Positions 55,001 through 64,000 of a stretch of 64,000 nucleotides of DNA are shown one piece after another. The notes under the pieces were generated by a model, which was not told the origin of the DNA, ran no database searches, and was given only the letters and a program-made list of their open reading frames with translations. Source of the DNA: Candidatus Avirikenella pullistercoris (GTDB lineage Bacteria > Bacteroidota > Bacteroidia > Bacteroidales > Rikenellaceae); NCBI GenBank assembly GCA_018710935.1, contig DVIX01000001.1:1406-65405 (forward strand). Direction: 5' to 3'. The position numbers and the translations under genes are program-made. Within the stretch, counting starts at the first letter, position 1, and each line of letters opens with the position of its first letter.

Positions 55001-55266
55001 TTTATGCCGCAGGGAAACTCTTGAACAAAAACCGGAATGAAGAAAAGGAAAAAATAAGGCGGTTTGGCTTGTTAGTTGCTGTTATTTTATTTGAATAAGA
55101 ATAGCTTTATTTTTATTATATTTACAAAATATAGGATACAGTCCGGATAAATCCGAAAATAGGTTTCGTTTTATCTTTCATCAGTTTGCTATATTGAGCG
55201 GAAAACAGTACAGCGGTTCGGCCGCACACGGTTTTGCAAAAGTATTAATTTATCAAGAGTTAAAAA

Positions 55267-55806
55267 ATGGGTACTTATAGTTCAAAGGGGTTCGGAACTC
55301 CGATAATCAGGGGATTTATTGCTATCCTCGTCGGCCTTATTACTGTGATATGGCCGGGATATGTACAGGATTTTATCGTTAAATTCATCGGTATCGCCTT
55401 AATGGTGTCGGGAGCGGTATCTTTTATCATCTATTTTTCCAAAAAGAAGAAAGAAGAGGAAGGGCTTCCTGCTGTCGCTATTCCTTTCGGGGGAATCGTA
55501 AGTTTTATTTTGGGGTTGATAATGGTGATTAAATCCGCATTCTTTATGGGAATATTGCTGTTCCTGTTGGGCTTTTTATTAATAATAGGCGCATTGGGAC
55601 AGTTTATGGTGTTATTGGCTTCCCGCCGTACATTTTCGGTCCCGCCGATTTTGTATCTGTTTCCTTCTGTCGTATTCATCTGCGGAATTATTATCATATT
55701 CAATCCGTTTGCAAGCGCTATCGCTTTGCTGACTTTCTTCGGAGCGGTCGCAATCTTCTATGGAGTGGTAGAACTTATTGAAACCGGTCGGTTTGAAAAG
55801 AGGTAA
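55267..55806 (+). CDS. DUF308/HdeD-like membrane protein
   Basis: 179 aa with 6 predicted short TM helices in a repeated pattern (GFIAILVGLITVIWPG ...), typical of HdeD/DUF308. Confidence 0.55.
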   Translation: MGTYSSKGFGTPIIRGFIAILVGLITVIWPGYVQDFIVKFIGIALMVSGAVSFIIYFSKKKKEEEGLPAVAIPFGGIVSFILGLIMVIKSAFFMGILLFLLGFLLIIGALGQFMVLLASRRTFSVPPILYLFPSVVFICGIIIIFNPFASAIALLTFFGAVAIFYGVVELIETGRFEKR

Positions 55807-55824
55807 AAAAGATATATATAGTGG

Positions 55825-55860
55825 AAAAGGAGAATGACCCTGCAGTCATTCTCCTTTTTT
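55825..55860 (+). terminator. Intrinsic terminator after the DUF308 gene
   Basis: AAAAGGAGAATGAC (55825-55838) pairs with GTCATTCTCCTTTT (55845-55858). The 3' arm runs directly into a T-run of 6. Confidence 0.8.
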
Positions 55861-55914
55861 GATGATGAATCGCTTATCTATCGGGAGGATATAGACCGGA
55901 TGTTATTATATAAT

Positions 55915-55942
55915 AAAAAAGAGAGGAATGCTTCCTCTCTTT
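55915..55942 (-). terminator. Intrinsic terminator of the DUF368 gene
   Basis: AGAGAGGAA-TGC-TTCCTCTCT forms a 9-bp stem (55920-55940). The A6 on the plus-strand side provides the U-tract for the minus-strand transcript. Confidence 0.7.
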
Positions 55943-55976
55943 AAATGTAAAATACCGGTTTTTTTAATACCGTGAA

Positions 55977-56933
55977 TTATTCTTGTACATTTGCTTCCCG
56001 TTTTTTGTTTAGGGCAGCGGCGAATCTTTCGATTCCCCAGATTAGAAGAAATCCTACTACCATAAAGAAAATAGCCCATCCCAACAGAGCCGGTTCTCCG
56101 GTAAGTTGTTCAAATGTCGACGGCAAAATATTTCGTTCTGTCAATGGCTGAATGACTCCATGACTATCGGTATATGTTTCCAGTGTCTCTTTCCACGGCC
56201 AGATTTTATTGAGAGAACCAAGCATAAATCCGGTCAGCAGGGCTACCGTCATTCCGTGATATTTTTCGAGCAGCCATGAGAGCAGGTGAGAGAAACTGAT
56301 GATACCTGCAACGGCTCCTATGGCGAATAATAACAAAACGGGAATGTTGAGGGTTGAAACGGCTCCGATAATATATGCGTATTTGCCCATTAAAAGCAGA
56401 ATGAACGCACCGGAAATTCCAGGCAGTATCATAGCGCAGATAGCTATGGCACCGGATAAGATAATAAACCACCAGGCGTCCGGGGTAGCGGCCGGGCTCA
56501 GAACGGTGATGACATAAGCTATCGCCGTCCCGATAAGCAGGGAGATGATGATACCCGTATTCCATTTTTTTATCTCTTGCGCTACTAACCAGGTCGATGC
56601 GATAATTAACCCGAAGAAAAAGGACCAGATAAAGATAGGATGTGTCTCGAGCAGGTATTTCATCACTTTGGCGAGCGAGAAAATCGAAATGGCGATTCCT
56701 GCCAATACAGAGAAGAGAAAAGAACCGTTAATGTGCTGCCAGAATCCTTTAAAATCGAACCGTAACAATTTCCGTACAGCTGTCAGATTGAAAGAGCGAA
56801 TGGAACTAAGCAGTTCCTCGTAAATGCCGCTGATAAAAGCAATGGTGCCGCCCGATACGCCGGGAATTACGTCGGCAGCGCCCATGCCTATTCCTTTAAG
56901 CACGAGCAACAGGTAATTTCTCTTTGTTTCCAT
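55977..56933 (-). CDS. DUF368-family membrane protein (PopT-type undecaprenyl-phosphate translocase family)
   Basis: 318 aa, polytopic. Two DUF368 signature repeats: GMGAADVIPGVSGGTIAFISGIYE and ICAMILPGISGAFILLLMGKY. Confidence 0.85.
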   Translation of the reverse strand: METKRNYLLLVLKGIGMGAADVIPGVSGGTIAFISGIYEELLSSIRSFNLTAVRKLLRFDFKGFWQHINGSFLFSVLAGIAISIFSLAKVMKYLLETHPIFIWSFFFGLIIASTWLVAQEIKKWNTGIIISLLIGTAIAYVITVLSPAATPDAWWFIILSGAIAICAMILPGISGAFILLLMGKYAYIIGAVSTLNIPVLLLFAIGAVAGIISFSHLLSWLLEKYHGMTVALLTGFMLGSLNKIWPWKETLETYTDSHGVIQPLTERNILPSTFEQLTGEPALLGWAIFFMVVGFLLIWGIERFAAALNKKREANVQE

Positions 56934-57254
56934 GTAAAATAGTCTGGTTATGAAAACTACAAAATTAATTTTTTTCAGAAATATACATTTACATAATGTA
57001 AAATTTATCGTTTAATTTTTGTCGGATTTTGTGCTGTTTTTATCGATTTTTTAATTGTTTATGGAAAAAAGAATAAAAGGGATTGAAAATAAAATTAGAT
57101 GGGGTTTATTACGGGTATTCGGGCAGAGTCGTTTTTATCGGTTAGCCGGATAATCGGATTGGGTTTTTAGATATAAATCGGGGACGGCTTAAACGTTTGA
57201 ACAATTTTTTAAGGATTGAATATTCGGAAACGGCTTTATGGGTGGACTTTATAG

Positions 57255-57300
57255 AAAAACAAAGAAAGGGGCTCGACTTTTATTTTTGAGCCGGCCCCCT
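57255..57300 (-). terminator. Candidate intrinsic terminator of the P-type ATPase gene
   Basis: The minus strand reads GGGGCCGGCTC-AAAAATAAAAGTC-GAGCCCC (stem with a GG bulge), followed by TTTCTTTGTTTTT. It lies about 20 nt past the stop codon. Confidence 0.5.
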
Positions 57301-57319
57301 TATTAATATTATCTGCTAA

Positions 57320-60235
57320 TTATGAATTGCCGTTCTCTTTTTTCCGGCTTATTCTGAAAAAGAGTCGAGTCAATTCTCCTATCCATAATACGACGGAGGT
57401 TCCTCCGATAATGGCAAGCCAATCCGTGATGCTAAGCGGAACAACCCGGAACATCTCATCTCCGAAAAAAACGATAAGTATCTGGCCTGCGACAATCAGG
57501 AGGGATACCATTATGAATCCGGAGCTTTCGGAAAGGTGTTTGAATGCCGAAGCATGGTCGGAACCGTATGCTTTGGCGTTAAACATGTTCCAGAACTGTA
57601 TCATGACGAAAACGGTAAAGAAAATGGAAAGCCCGTATTCGTTGTCGAAGCGGTCGCTGTGATAGATGAATTGAAGAAAGGTTATTAAAAATGCTACGAT
57701 GGCGAGCCCTACTCCCAATATGTTGTGTGCCATATCCCGGGTAATAATGAATTCGTTTTCGGCACGGGGCTTGTCTTTCATTACTTTTCTATCGGGAGGA
57801 AGCGAAGCGAGGGCTGCTGCCGCGAAAGTATCCATGATGAGATTTACCCATAGCATTTGTGTAATGGTAAGAGGGCTTTCCTGACCGAAAAATGCTCCGA
57901 GAAATACGATTAATATAGCTATTACATTGATTGTAAGCTGGAACAGCAGGAATCGTTGAATATTCTTATAAAGGGAACGCCCCCACATTACGGCAGTAGC
58001 GATACTTTTGAACGAGTCGTCGAGCAAGGTGATGTCGCTGGCCTCTTTTGCTACGGAAGTCCCGCTTCCCATAGAGAGTCCTACTTGTGCGAAGTTCAGG
58101 GCAGGGGCGTCGTTGGTTCCGTCGCCTGTTACGGCTACTACGGCTCCACGGCGTTGCAACAGTTGTACCAACCGTTGTTTGTCGGTCGGTCGGGCACGCG
58201 ACATGATTTTTATATCCATGATGCGGTCTAAAAGTTCTCCATCGGAAAGAGCTGCAAATTCCACTCCGGTAATCTGGTTCTGTTCGGTATCGGTATTATC
58301 GTCCCATAAACCGATCTGCCGGGCGATTTCCCTTGCTGTTCCCGGGGTATCGCCGGTAACTATTTTTACAGCGATTCCCGCATCGAGACACTCTTTTACC
58401 GCTGCCGGAACATCCGGTCGGACAGGATCGGAAATAGCTGCGATACCGAGGTAGATAAAATCGTCTTTTCCTATCTCTTCATCACATTTGGGGGATTCCC
58501 CTTCGATTATTTTATAGGCAAAACCCAATGTCCGCATTGCCTGATTCTGGTAATTGAGAAGTCGTTGCGCTATTTCTTCGCGGAATTCCGACGCGGGGCG
58601 CATACCGTTTGCAGTAATGATATCTTTGCATTTGTTCAGCACAATTTCGGGGGCTCCCTTGATGTACAGCACCTTTTTCCCTTTTACGGCCTCCGATTCG
58701 ACAAGTGTCGCCATATATTTGCGCTCGGTTGAGAAAGCGATCTGGTCGATTACGTTCCGGTTTTCCCGGATATCGTTGTATGATATTCCCCGTTCATTCA
58801 GCCAAAGCAACAAGGCGGCTTCGGTAGGGTTTCCGATAGCTTTGGTCTTGGGTCCGGAGGTGTCGAGGTGGGCAGTCGAATTTACGGCGATGCCTTCCTC
58901 TATCAGCGGTTCTATGCTTTTATCGGGGGTATTGCTCTGTAATGCGAAAAAATAGGTTTCGTAAACGCTCATCTGGTTTTGTGTCAGCGTTCCTGTTTTG
59001 TCGGTACAGATAACATTGATAGCCCCCATTGTTTCACAAGCATGCATCTTGCGGACGAGATTATTGCTTTTCAGCATACGGCGCATATTCAATGCTAAAC
59101 TCAGCGTTACGCTCATGGGTAACCCTTCCGGAACCGCTACGACGATCAGGGTAACGGCAATCATAAAGAAGTTGAGGATATTCTGCGCAGTATCGAGCGG
59201 AATCCATGCATTGCGATCGAGGGCGTTTACTCCGAAAGCATAACCGACAGCCGCGATAACGACGAATAGGAGTAAACCTGCAATAATCCAGAATCCCCAA
59301 CCTTTCCGTTCTACTATACGGGGGGTGCATGGTTTGTGTTTTAACAGTGCGATTCCGTCGCAGGCCAAAGGCATCCATACTTTTATCAGCATAACGGCAG
59401 CCCCTGCCATAGCAGCTCCCAGCAATCCCAGTTGTCCCAGGGTGTATTCGGTATCGCCGAAGAAAATATCGCGGATAAACATTACGGCGAATGTGGTAAT
59501 TGCCAGCGTGAAACCTACGGCTCCGATAACGGATGCCAATTTTTCCAGTTGTTTGGTCAGCGGGGTTTTTTCTTCGCTTTTTTCAACAGAGGCGCGTGCA
59601 ACCTTTCCGAACTCCGTAGCGTCGCCGACGGCTGTAACGATAATCGTACCGTGTCCTTCGATAACGGTAGTTCCGCGTAACAGTTTATTGGACGGATAAG
59701 TTGCATCCTTTTTGAATTCCGCTTCATTGGTAGTTTTGGAAGTGGACGGCTCTCCGGTAAGCGTCGATTCGTTTACCCGTAACGATAAGGCTTCGATTAA
59801 TTCTCCGTCGGCCGGAATCTCTTCGCCGGTTTCCAAAAGCACGGTATCTCCTACAACGACATCCCGTTTGGATATTTCCGCCACCTGTCCGTTGCGGATT
59901 ACCCGTACGAGCGTATCGTCATTGACACTGTTCAATATGTCGAATTTGCGTTTAGCATCGTATTCGAACCAGAAACCGACTCCTGTCGCTAAGAAAATGG
60001 CACAGAAAATACCGATCGTTTCCGTATAATTGTTATGGATAATGGATATAATCAGTGACAATAAAGCCGCTATTAACAGAATACGTATGATCGGATCGTT
60101 GAATTTTTCCAGAAAAAGTTTCCAGAGAGATTCTTTTGGAGGAGGTGTCAGCATGTTGGAGCCGTATTTGGCTCTGCTTTCAGTTACTTCCTTGTCTGTC
60201 AGTCCGGTCAAATGATGTTGTTTTTTTTGTTCCAT
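57320..60235 (-). CDS. Cation-translocating P-type ATPase, type II (Ca2+-ATPase-like)
   Basis: 971 aa. Phosphorylation site ICTDKTGTLT, TGES-like LTGEP, PEGLP in TM4, hinge TGDGTNDAPAL, and 10 TM segments. Confidence 0.9.
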   Translation of the reverse strand: MEQKKQHHLTGLTDKEVTESRAKYGSNMLTPPPKESLWKLFLEKFNDPIIRILLIAALLSLIISIIHNNYTETIGIFCAIFLATGVGFWFEYDAKRKFDILNSVNDDTLVRVIRNGQVAEISKRDVVVGDTVLLETGEEIPADGELIEALSLRVNESTLTGEPSTSKTTNEAEFKKDATYPSNKLLRGTTVIEGHGTIIVTAVGDATEFGKVARASVEKSEEKTPLTKQLEKLASVIGAVGFTLAITTFAVMFIRDIFFGDTEYTLGQLGLLGAAMAGAAVMLIKVWMPLACDGIALLKHKPCTPRIVERKGWGFWIIAGLLLFVVIAAVGYAFGVNALDRNAWIPLDTAQNILNFFMIAVTLIVVAVPEGLPMSVTLSLALNMRRMLKSNNLVRKMHACETMGAINVICTDKTGTLTQNQMSVYETYFFALQSNTPDKSIEPLIEEGIAVNSTAHLDTSGPKTKAIGNPTEAALLLWLNERGISYNDIRENRNVIDQIAFSTERKYMATLVESEAVKGKKVLYIKGAPEIVLNKCKDIITANGMRPASEFREEIAQRLLNYQNQAMRTLGFAYKIIEGESPKCDEEIGKDDFIYLGIAAISDPVRPDVPAAVKECLDAGIAVKIVTGDTPGTAREIARQIGLWDDNTDTEQNQITGVEFAALSDGELLDRIMDIKIMSRARPTDKQRLVQLLQRRGAVVAVTGDGTNDAPALNFAQVGLSMGSGTSVAKEASDITLLDDSFKSIATAVMWGRSLYKNIQRFLLFQLTINVIAILIVFLGAFFGQESPLTITQMLWVNLIMDTFAAAALASLPPDRKVMKDKPRAENEFIITRDMAHNILGVGLAIVAFLITFLQFIYHSDRFDNEYGLSIFFTVFVMIQFWNMFNAKAYGSDHASAFKHLSESSGFIMVSLLIVAGQILIVFFGDEMFRVVPLSITDWLAIIGGTSVVLWIGELTRLFFRISRKKENGNS

Positions 60236-60404
60236 TTGTATTTATTGGTTAATGTTTACAACCTTTTCCGATATCGGATAAATGCAAATATAGAGCCTGT
60301 AAGGTTTAATCCGCTAATATATATAATATTTGTGAACTGTAAATTAAGAAAGCGAAAATTAAATCTTTTCACCTATCTTTTTGGCTGCAATGTAATAACT
60401 TTTG

Positions 60405-60412
60405 TATCTTTG
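60405..60412 (+). promoter_or_regulatory. Bacteroidota -7 promoter motif (TAnnTTTG) for leuS
   Basis: TATCTTTG lies 62 nt upstream of the ATG at 60474 and only 11 nt upstream of the track ORF start at 60423. This favours the downstream start. Confidence 0.45.
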
Positions 60413-60473
60413 TAAATTGTGAATGAATCTGAATAATGTAATTTACCAAACAGAAGATAAACGGGAAACGGAT

Positions 60474-63236
60474 ATGGAATACAATTTTGCAGAAATTGAG
60501 AAAAAATGGCAGCAGAAATGGAAAGAGAGTGGTATTTATCATGTGGAAATAGATAAGAACCGCCCGAAATTTTATGTGTTGGATATGTTTCCTTATCCTT
60601 CGGGGGCAGGGTTGCATGTAGGGCATCCGCTCGGATATATCGCTTCCGATATCTACTCCCGTTATAAACGGTTGAAAGGGTTTAATGTGCTGCACCCGAT
60701 GGGATATGACGCATTCGGCCTTCCTGCTGAACAATATGCTATACAGACAGGGCAGCATCCTGCCATAACGACGGAAAACAATATCGCCCGTTATCGGGAA
60801 CAGTTGGATAAAATAGGTTTTTCTTTCGATTGGGAACGGGAAGTCCGTACTTGTGATCCCGAATATTACAAATGGACACAATGGGCTTTTGTCAAAATGT
60901 TCGGCCATTATTATAATAATAAGACCGGGAAAGCGGAGCCTATCGAACAGTTGGTGGATCATTTCAGCCGATATGGGACGGAAGGTGTCGATGCGGCTTG
61001 CAGCCGGCTGCTCTCTTTCAGTGCGGAAGAGTGGAATGGAAAAAGTGAGAAAGAAAAAGAAGAGGTATTGCAGAATTACCGGTTGGCGTTCCGGGCTGCT
61101 ACTATGGTGAATTGGTGTGCGGGATTGGGAACCGTGTTGGCGAATGACGAGGTGAAAGACGGTTTGTCTGTAAGAGGCGGTTTCCCCGTAGAACAACGGG
61201 TGATGCAGCAATGGTTGCTGCGTGTCACCGCTTATGCCGACCGTCTGTTGTCGGGGTTGGATACGTTGGAGTGGAGCGACTCTCTGAAAGAAATTCAAAG
61301 AAACTGGATAGGGCGTTCCGAAGGAGCACAGATGTTTTTCCCGATTAAAGGAAGCGACCGTAAGCTCGAAATCTTTACTACCCGTGCCGATACCGTTTTC
61401 GGCGTGACTTTTATGGTGCTGGCTCCTGAACATGAATGGGTAATGGAAATTACAGCTCCTGAATATAAAGAGGCTGTAGAACAATATATCGCCGATACGA
61501 AAAAACGTTCCGAGCGGGAACGCATGGCCGATACCAAACGGGTAAGCGGACAGTTCACGGGGGCATACGCCGTGAATCCGTTTAATGGAGTAGAAATTCC
61601 GATTTATATAAGCGATTATGTTTTGGCCGGGTACGGAACGGGGGCTATTATGGCTGTGCCTGCCCACGACAGCCGTGACTATGCTTTTGCCCGCCATTTT
61701 GATTTGCCGATTATTCCGGTAGTTGAGGGAGGTAATTTAGAGGAGGCTTCTTATGATGCTAAAGAAGGAAAATTGATCAATTCCGATTTTCTGACCGGAT
61801 TGGATGTGAAAGAGGCGATTCGTAAAATGCTGGATGCCATTGAAGAAAAAGGAATCGGCAAACGGAAAGTCAATTACCGTTTGAGGGATGCTATTTTCTC
61901 TCGTCAGCGTTATTGGGGAGAACCGTTCCCTGTCTATTATAAAGAGGGCATTCCGTATGTGCTGAACGACGCCCGGCTTCCGTTGGAATTGCCTCCCATC
62001 GAGGATTTCGGCCCTACGGAACAGGGAGAACCGCCTTTGGCAAGGGTTAAAGAATGGCATACTGCGGAAGGCTATCCGTACGAACTGAGTACCATGCCGG
62101 GATTCGCGGGTTCTTCAGCTTATTACCTGCGTTATATGGATCCGCATAACGATAAGGCGTTGGTTTCCAAAGAGGCCGATGAGTATTGGGAAAATGTGGA
62201 CCTTTATGTCGGAGGAATCGAACATGCGACGGGACATTTGATGTATTCCCGTTTTTGGAATAAATTCCTGTATGATTTAGGATATGTCTGCAAGGATGAA
62301 CCTTTTAAAAAACTGGTAAACCAGGGAATGATACAGGGACGTTCGTCGTTCGTATATCGGATAAAAAATACCAATACCTATGTGTCGGCAGGGTTGAAAG
62401 GACAATACGATACCCAGGAGATACATGTGGATGTGAATATTGTGAAAAACGATGTATTGGATCTGGAGGCGTTTAAGGCATGGCGTCCCGAATATGCCGA
62501 TGCGGAATTTATTTTGGAAGACGGAAAATATGTTTGCGGTTGGGCGGTTGAAAAAATGTCCAAGTCGATGTATAATGTGGTAAATCCAGATATGATCGTT
62601 GAAAATTACGGAGCCGATACGCTGCGTATGTATGAAATGTTCCTGGGACCGTTGGAACAATCCAAACCGTGGGATACGAACGGAATAGACGGAGTGCATA
62701 AATTCTTGCGTAAATTCTGGCGGCTTTTCTTCGATAAAGACGGGAATTTTGCGGTCGACGATGCCCCGGCGGATAAAAAAGCATTGAAAATATTGCATAA
62801 GACGATAAAGAAAGTAGGTGAGGATATCGAAAATTTCTCTTTCAATACTTCCATAAGCGCATTTATGATTTGTGTTAACGAATTGACCGATTTGAAATGC
62901 AACAACCGGGAAGTGCTGGAACCATTGACCGTATTGGTTTCTCCGTTTGCTCCGCATATCTGCGAAGAGTTATGGAGTTTGCTTGGGAAAGAAACATCTG
63001 TATGCGATGCGGTATTCCCGGTGTTCGATTCTGAATACCTGAAAGAAGACAGTTTTGAATATCCGGTTTCTTTTAACGGGAAAACCCGGTTTAAAAAAGA
63101 GTTGCCGTTATCGTTCTCCCAACAGGAGATAGAAGACGCTGTTTTGGCGGATGAATCGACGAAGAAATATTTGGACGGGAAACAACCGAAGAAGATTATT
63201 GTGGTTAAAGGAAAAATTATCAATGTGGTTTGCTAA
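60474..63236 (+). CDS. leuS: Leucine--tRNA ligase
   Basis: Start chosen at [16 protein letters not shown] (canonical LeuRS N-terminus). HIGH motif is HVGHPLGY and KMSKS motif is EKMSKSMYN. The CP1 editing domain is present. Confidence 0.95.
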   Translation: MEYNFAEIEKKWQQKWKESGIYHVEIDKNRPKFYVLDMFPYPSGAGLHVGHPLGYIASDIYSRYKRLKGFNVLHPMGYDAFGLPAEQYAIQTGQHPAITTENNIARYREQLDKIGFSFDWEREVRTCDPEYYKWTQWAFVKMFGHYYNNKTGKAEPIEQLVDHFSRYGTEGVDAACSRLLSFSAEEWNGKSEKEKEEVLQNYRLAFRAATMVNWCAGLGTVLANDEVKDGLSVRGGFPVEQRVMQQWLLRVTAYADRLLSGLDTLEWSDSLKEIQRNWIGRSEGAQMFFPIKGSDRKLEIFTTRADTVFGVTFMVLAPEHEWVMEITAPEYKEAVEQYIADTKKRSERERMADTKRVSGQFTGAYAVNPFNGVEIPIYISDYVLAGYGTGAIMAVPAHDSRDYAFARHFDLPIIPVVEGGNLEEASYDAKEGKLINSDFLTGLDVKEAIRKMLDAIEEKGIGKRKVNYRLRDAIFSRQRYWGEPFPVYYKEGIPYVLNDARLPLELPPIEDFGPTEQGEPPLARVKEWHTAEGYPYELSTMPGFAGSSAYYLRYMDPHNDKALVSKEADEYWENVDLYVGGIEHATGHLMYSRFWNKFLYDLGYVCKDEPFKKLVNQGMIQGRSSFVYRIKNTNTYVSAGLKGQYDTQEIHVDVNIVKNDVLDLEAFKAWRPEYADAEFILEDGKYVCGWAVEKMSKSMYNVVNPDMIVENYGADTLRMYEMFLGPLEQSKPWDTNGIDGVHKFLRKFWRLFFDKDGNFAVDDAPADKKALKILHKTIKKVGEDIENFSFNTSISAFMICVNELTDLKCNNREVLEPLTVLVSPFAPHICEELWSLLGKETSVCDAVFPVFDSEYLKEDSFEYPVSFNGKTRFKKELPLSFSQQEIEDAVLADESTKKYLDGKQPKKIIVVKGKIINVVC

Positions 63237-63287
63237 CCTGCGTATGAACTAAAATTTTTATTCCGTAATAAATATATTATTTCTGAA

Positions 63288-64000
63288 ATGTTGGAACCAA
63301 GAACAAAACACATTCTGAGCGAGGTAAAATCTTATGTTATTATCTCGATCGGGTTAATTATCTATTCATTTGCCTGGGCAGGTATTTTGATACCGGGCAA
63401 TGTCGTGGGGGGTGGAATTCCGGGTGTCAGCTCATTGATATTTTATGCTACGGGCGGCGAAGCGGGCGGAGGTATTCCGATAGGTTACTCTTATTTCGTG
63501 ATAAATGTCGTATTGGTGGCTATCGGCTTTTTTATTATCGGGCCTCGTTTCGGAGCGAAAACCATATATGCTATGGCATTTAACTCTTTGGCATTGACAG
63601 TCCTGCAAAAAGTCATACCTCCCGATCTTATGGGATTGTATGACGATAAATTGCTCTCTGCTATATTGGGTGGCGGATTGTGCGGGCTTGGAATCGGGTT
63701 CTGTTTTTGGCAAGGCGGAAGTTCGGGCGGTACCGATATTATTGCGATGATTGTCAATAAATACCGGAATGTCAGCTTGGGCAAGGTAATCATGTTCTGC
63801 GATATCGTTATTATCGGTAGTTCTATTTTTATTTTCCATAATGTCAATACTATCGTATATGGTTATGTAACCCTCGTTATGACAGGTTTTACTATCGATC
63901 TTTTCTTGCAGGGAAACCGGCAGTCCTGTCAGTTGATAATTATTTCTAAAAAATATCCGGATATAGCGGATAGGATTGTGAATCAGGCGCGACGGGGGGT
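63288..64000 (+). CDS. YitT-family membrane protein (DUF161 repeats; the C-terminal DUF2179 region would lie beyond the window), 3'-truncated by the window edge
   Basis: Not in the ORF track because it has no stop in the window. My hand translation from the ATG at 63288 gives MLEPRTKHILSEVKSYVIISIGLIIYSFAWAGILIPGNVVGGGIPGVSSLIFY...GGSSGGTDIIAMIVNKY...QLIIISKKYPDIADRIVNQARRG, open to the end. The pattern is typical of YitT. Confidence 0.8.
   Translation, partial: MLEPRTKHILSEVKSYVIISIGLIIYSFAWAGILIPGNVVGGGIPGVSSLIFYATGGEAGGGIPIGYSYFVINVVLVAIGFFIIGPRFGAKTIYAMAFNSLALTVLQKVIPPDLMGLYDDKLLSAILGGGLCGLGIGFCFWQGGSSGGTDIIAMIVNKYRNVSLGKVIMFCDIVIIGSSIFIFHNVNTIVYGYVTLVMTGFTIDLFLQGNRQSCQLIIISKKYPDIADRIVNQARRG

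Noticed and set aside
60369-61697. 442-aa ORF on the minus strand
   Set aside because: It is entirely antisense to the well-supported leuS gene. Its translation is low-complexity (rich in F, I, R, H, P) with no recognisable motif. It is a typical shadow ORF.
1-64000. Search for CRISPR arrays, IS elements, integrases, prophage or defence islands, tRNA and rRNA genes
   Set aside because: Reading the intergenic regions, I saw no direct-repeat/spacer arrays, no transposase, integrase or phage-like translations, and no tRNA- or rRNA-like sequences. Apart from the AT-rich island, all large ORFs are core-type genes of uniform composition.

Overview
This window looks like a tightly packed, mostly housekeeping stretch of a Bacteroidota chromosome, probably Bacteroidales. 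The phylum call rests on gene content, TAnnTTTG -7 promoter motifs, little Shine-Dalgarno signal, and roughly 40-45% G+C in genes by eye. I support about 50 protein genes. Replication and repair: holB, recF plus DUF721, tag, dinB, ruvC, uvrB. Translation: rpsA, cysS, pheS, leuS, mnmG, ybeY. Metabolism: folK, ribH, gcvP, nadA, asd, deoC. The rest is largely cell-envelope functions: a WecA-like GT4, lpxD, PBP1A, an EnvC-like M23 peptidase, a DsbD-like protein, a TlpA-like protein, DUF368, GtrA, a porin and a beta-barrel protein. I recognised no rRNA or tRNA genes, CRISPR arrays, transposases, integrases, phage genes or obvious defence systems. I cannot point to a clear-cut new system here. The items most worth a second look are: (1) two copies of a perfect-palindrome parS-like 16-mer next to mnmG/gidA, suggesting an origin-proximal ParB loading locus; (2) a 746-bp ORF-free island of about 20% G+C between the convergent genes folK and tag; (3) a tightly coupled GT2 / tandem-LAB_N 7-TM / ArnT-like GT-C / UDP-GlcA-4-epimerase module that looks like a complete make-flip-transfer pathway for periplasmic glycolipid decoration, possibly with galacturonic acid; (4) an MBOAT plus two SGNH-hydrolase O-acylation cluster; (5) a SlyD with a Cys-Gly-rich rather than His-rich metal-binding tail; (6) a patatin plus outer-membrane-barrel protein resembling type Vd secretion. 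All coordinates and motifs were read by hand and no searches were run. Product calls rest on recognisable family motifs in the supplied translations.
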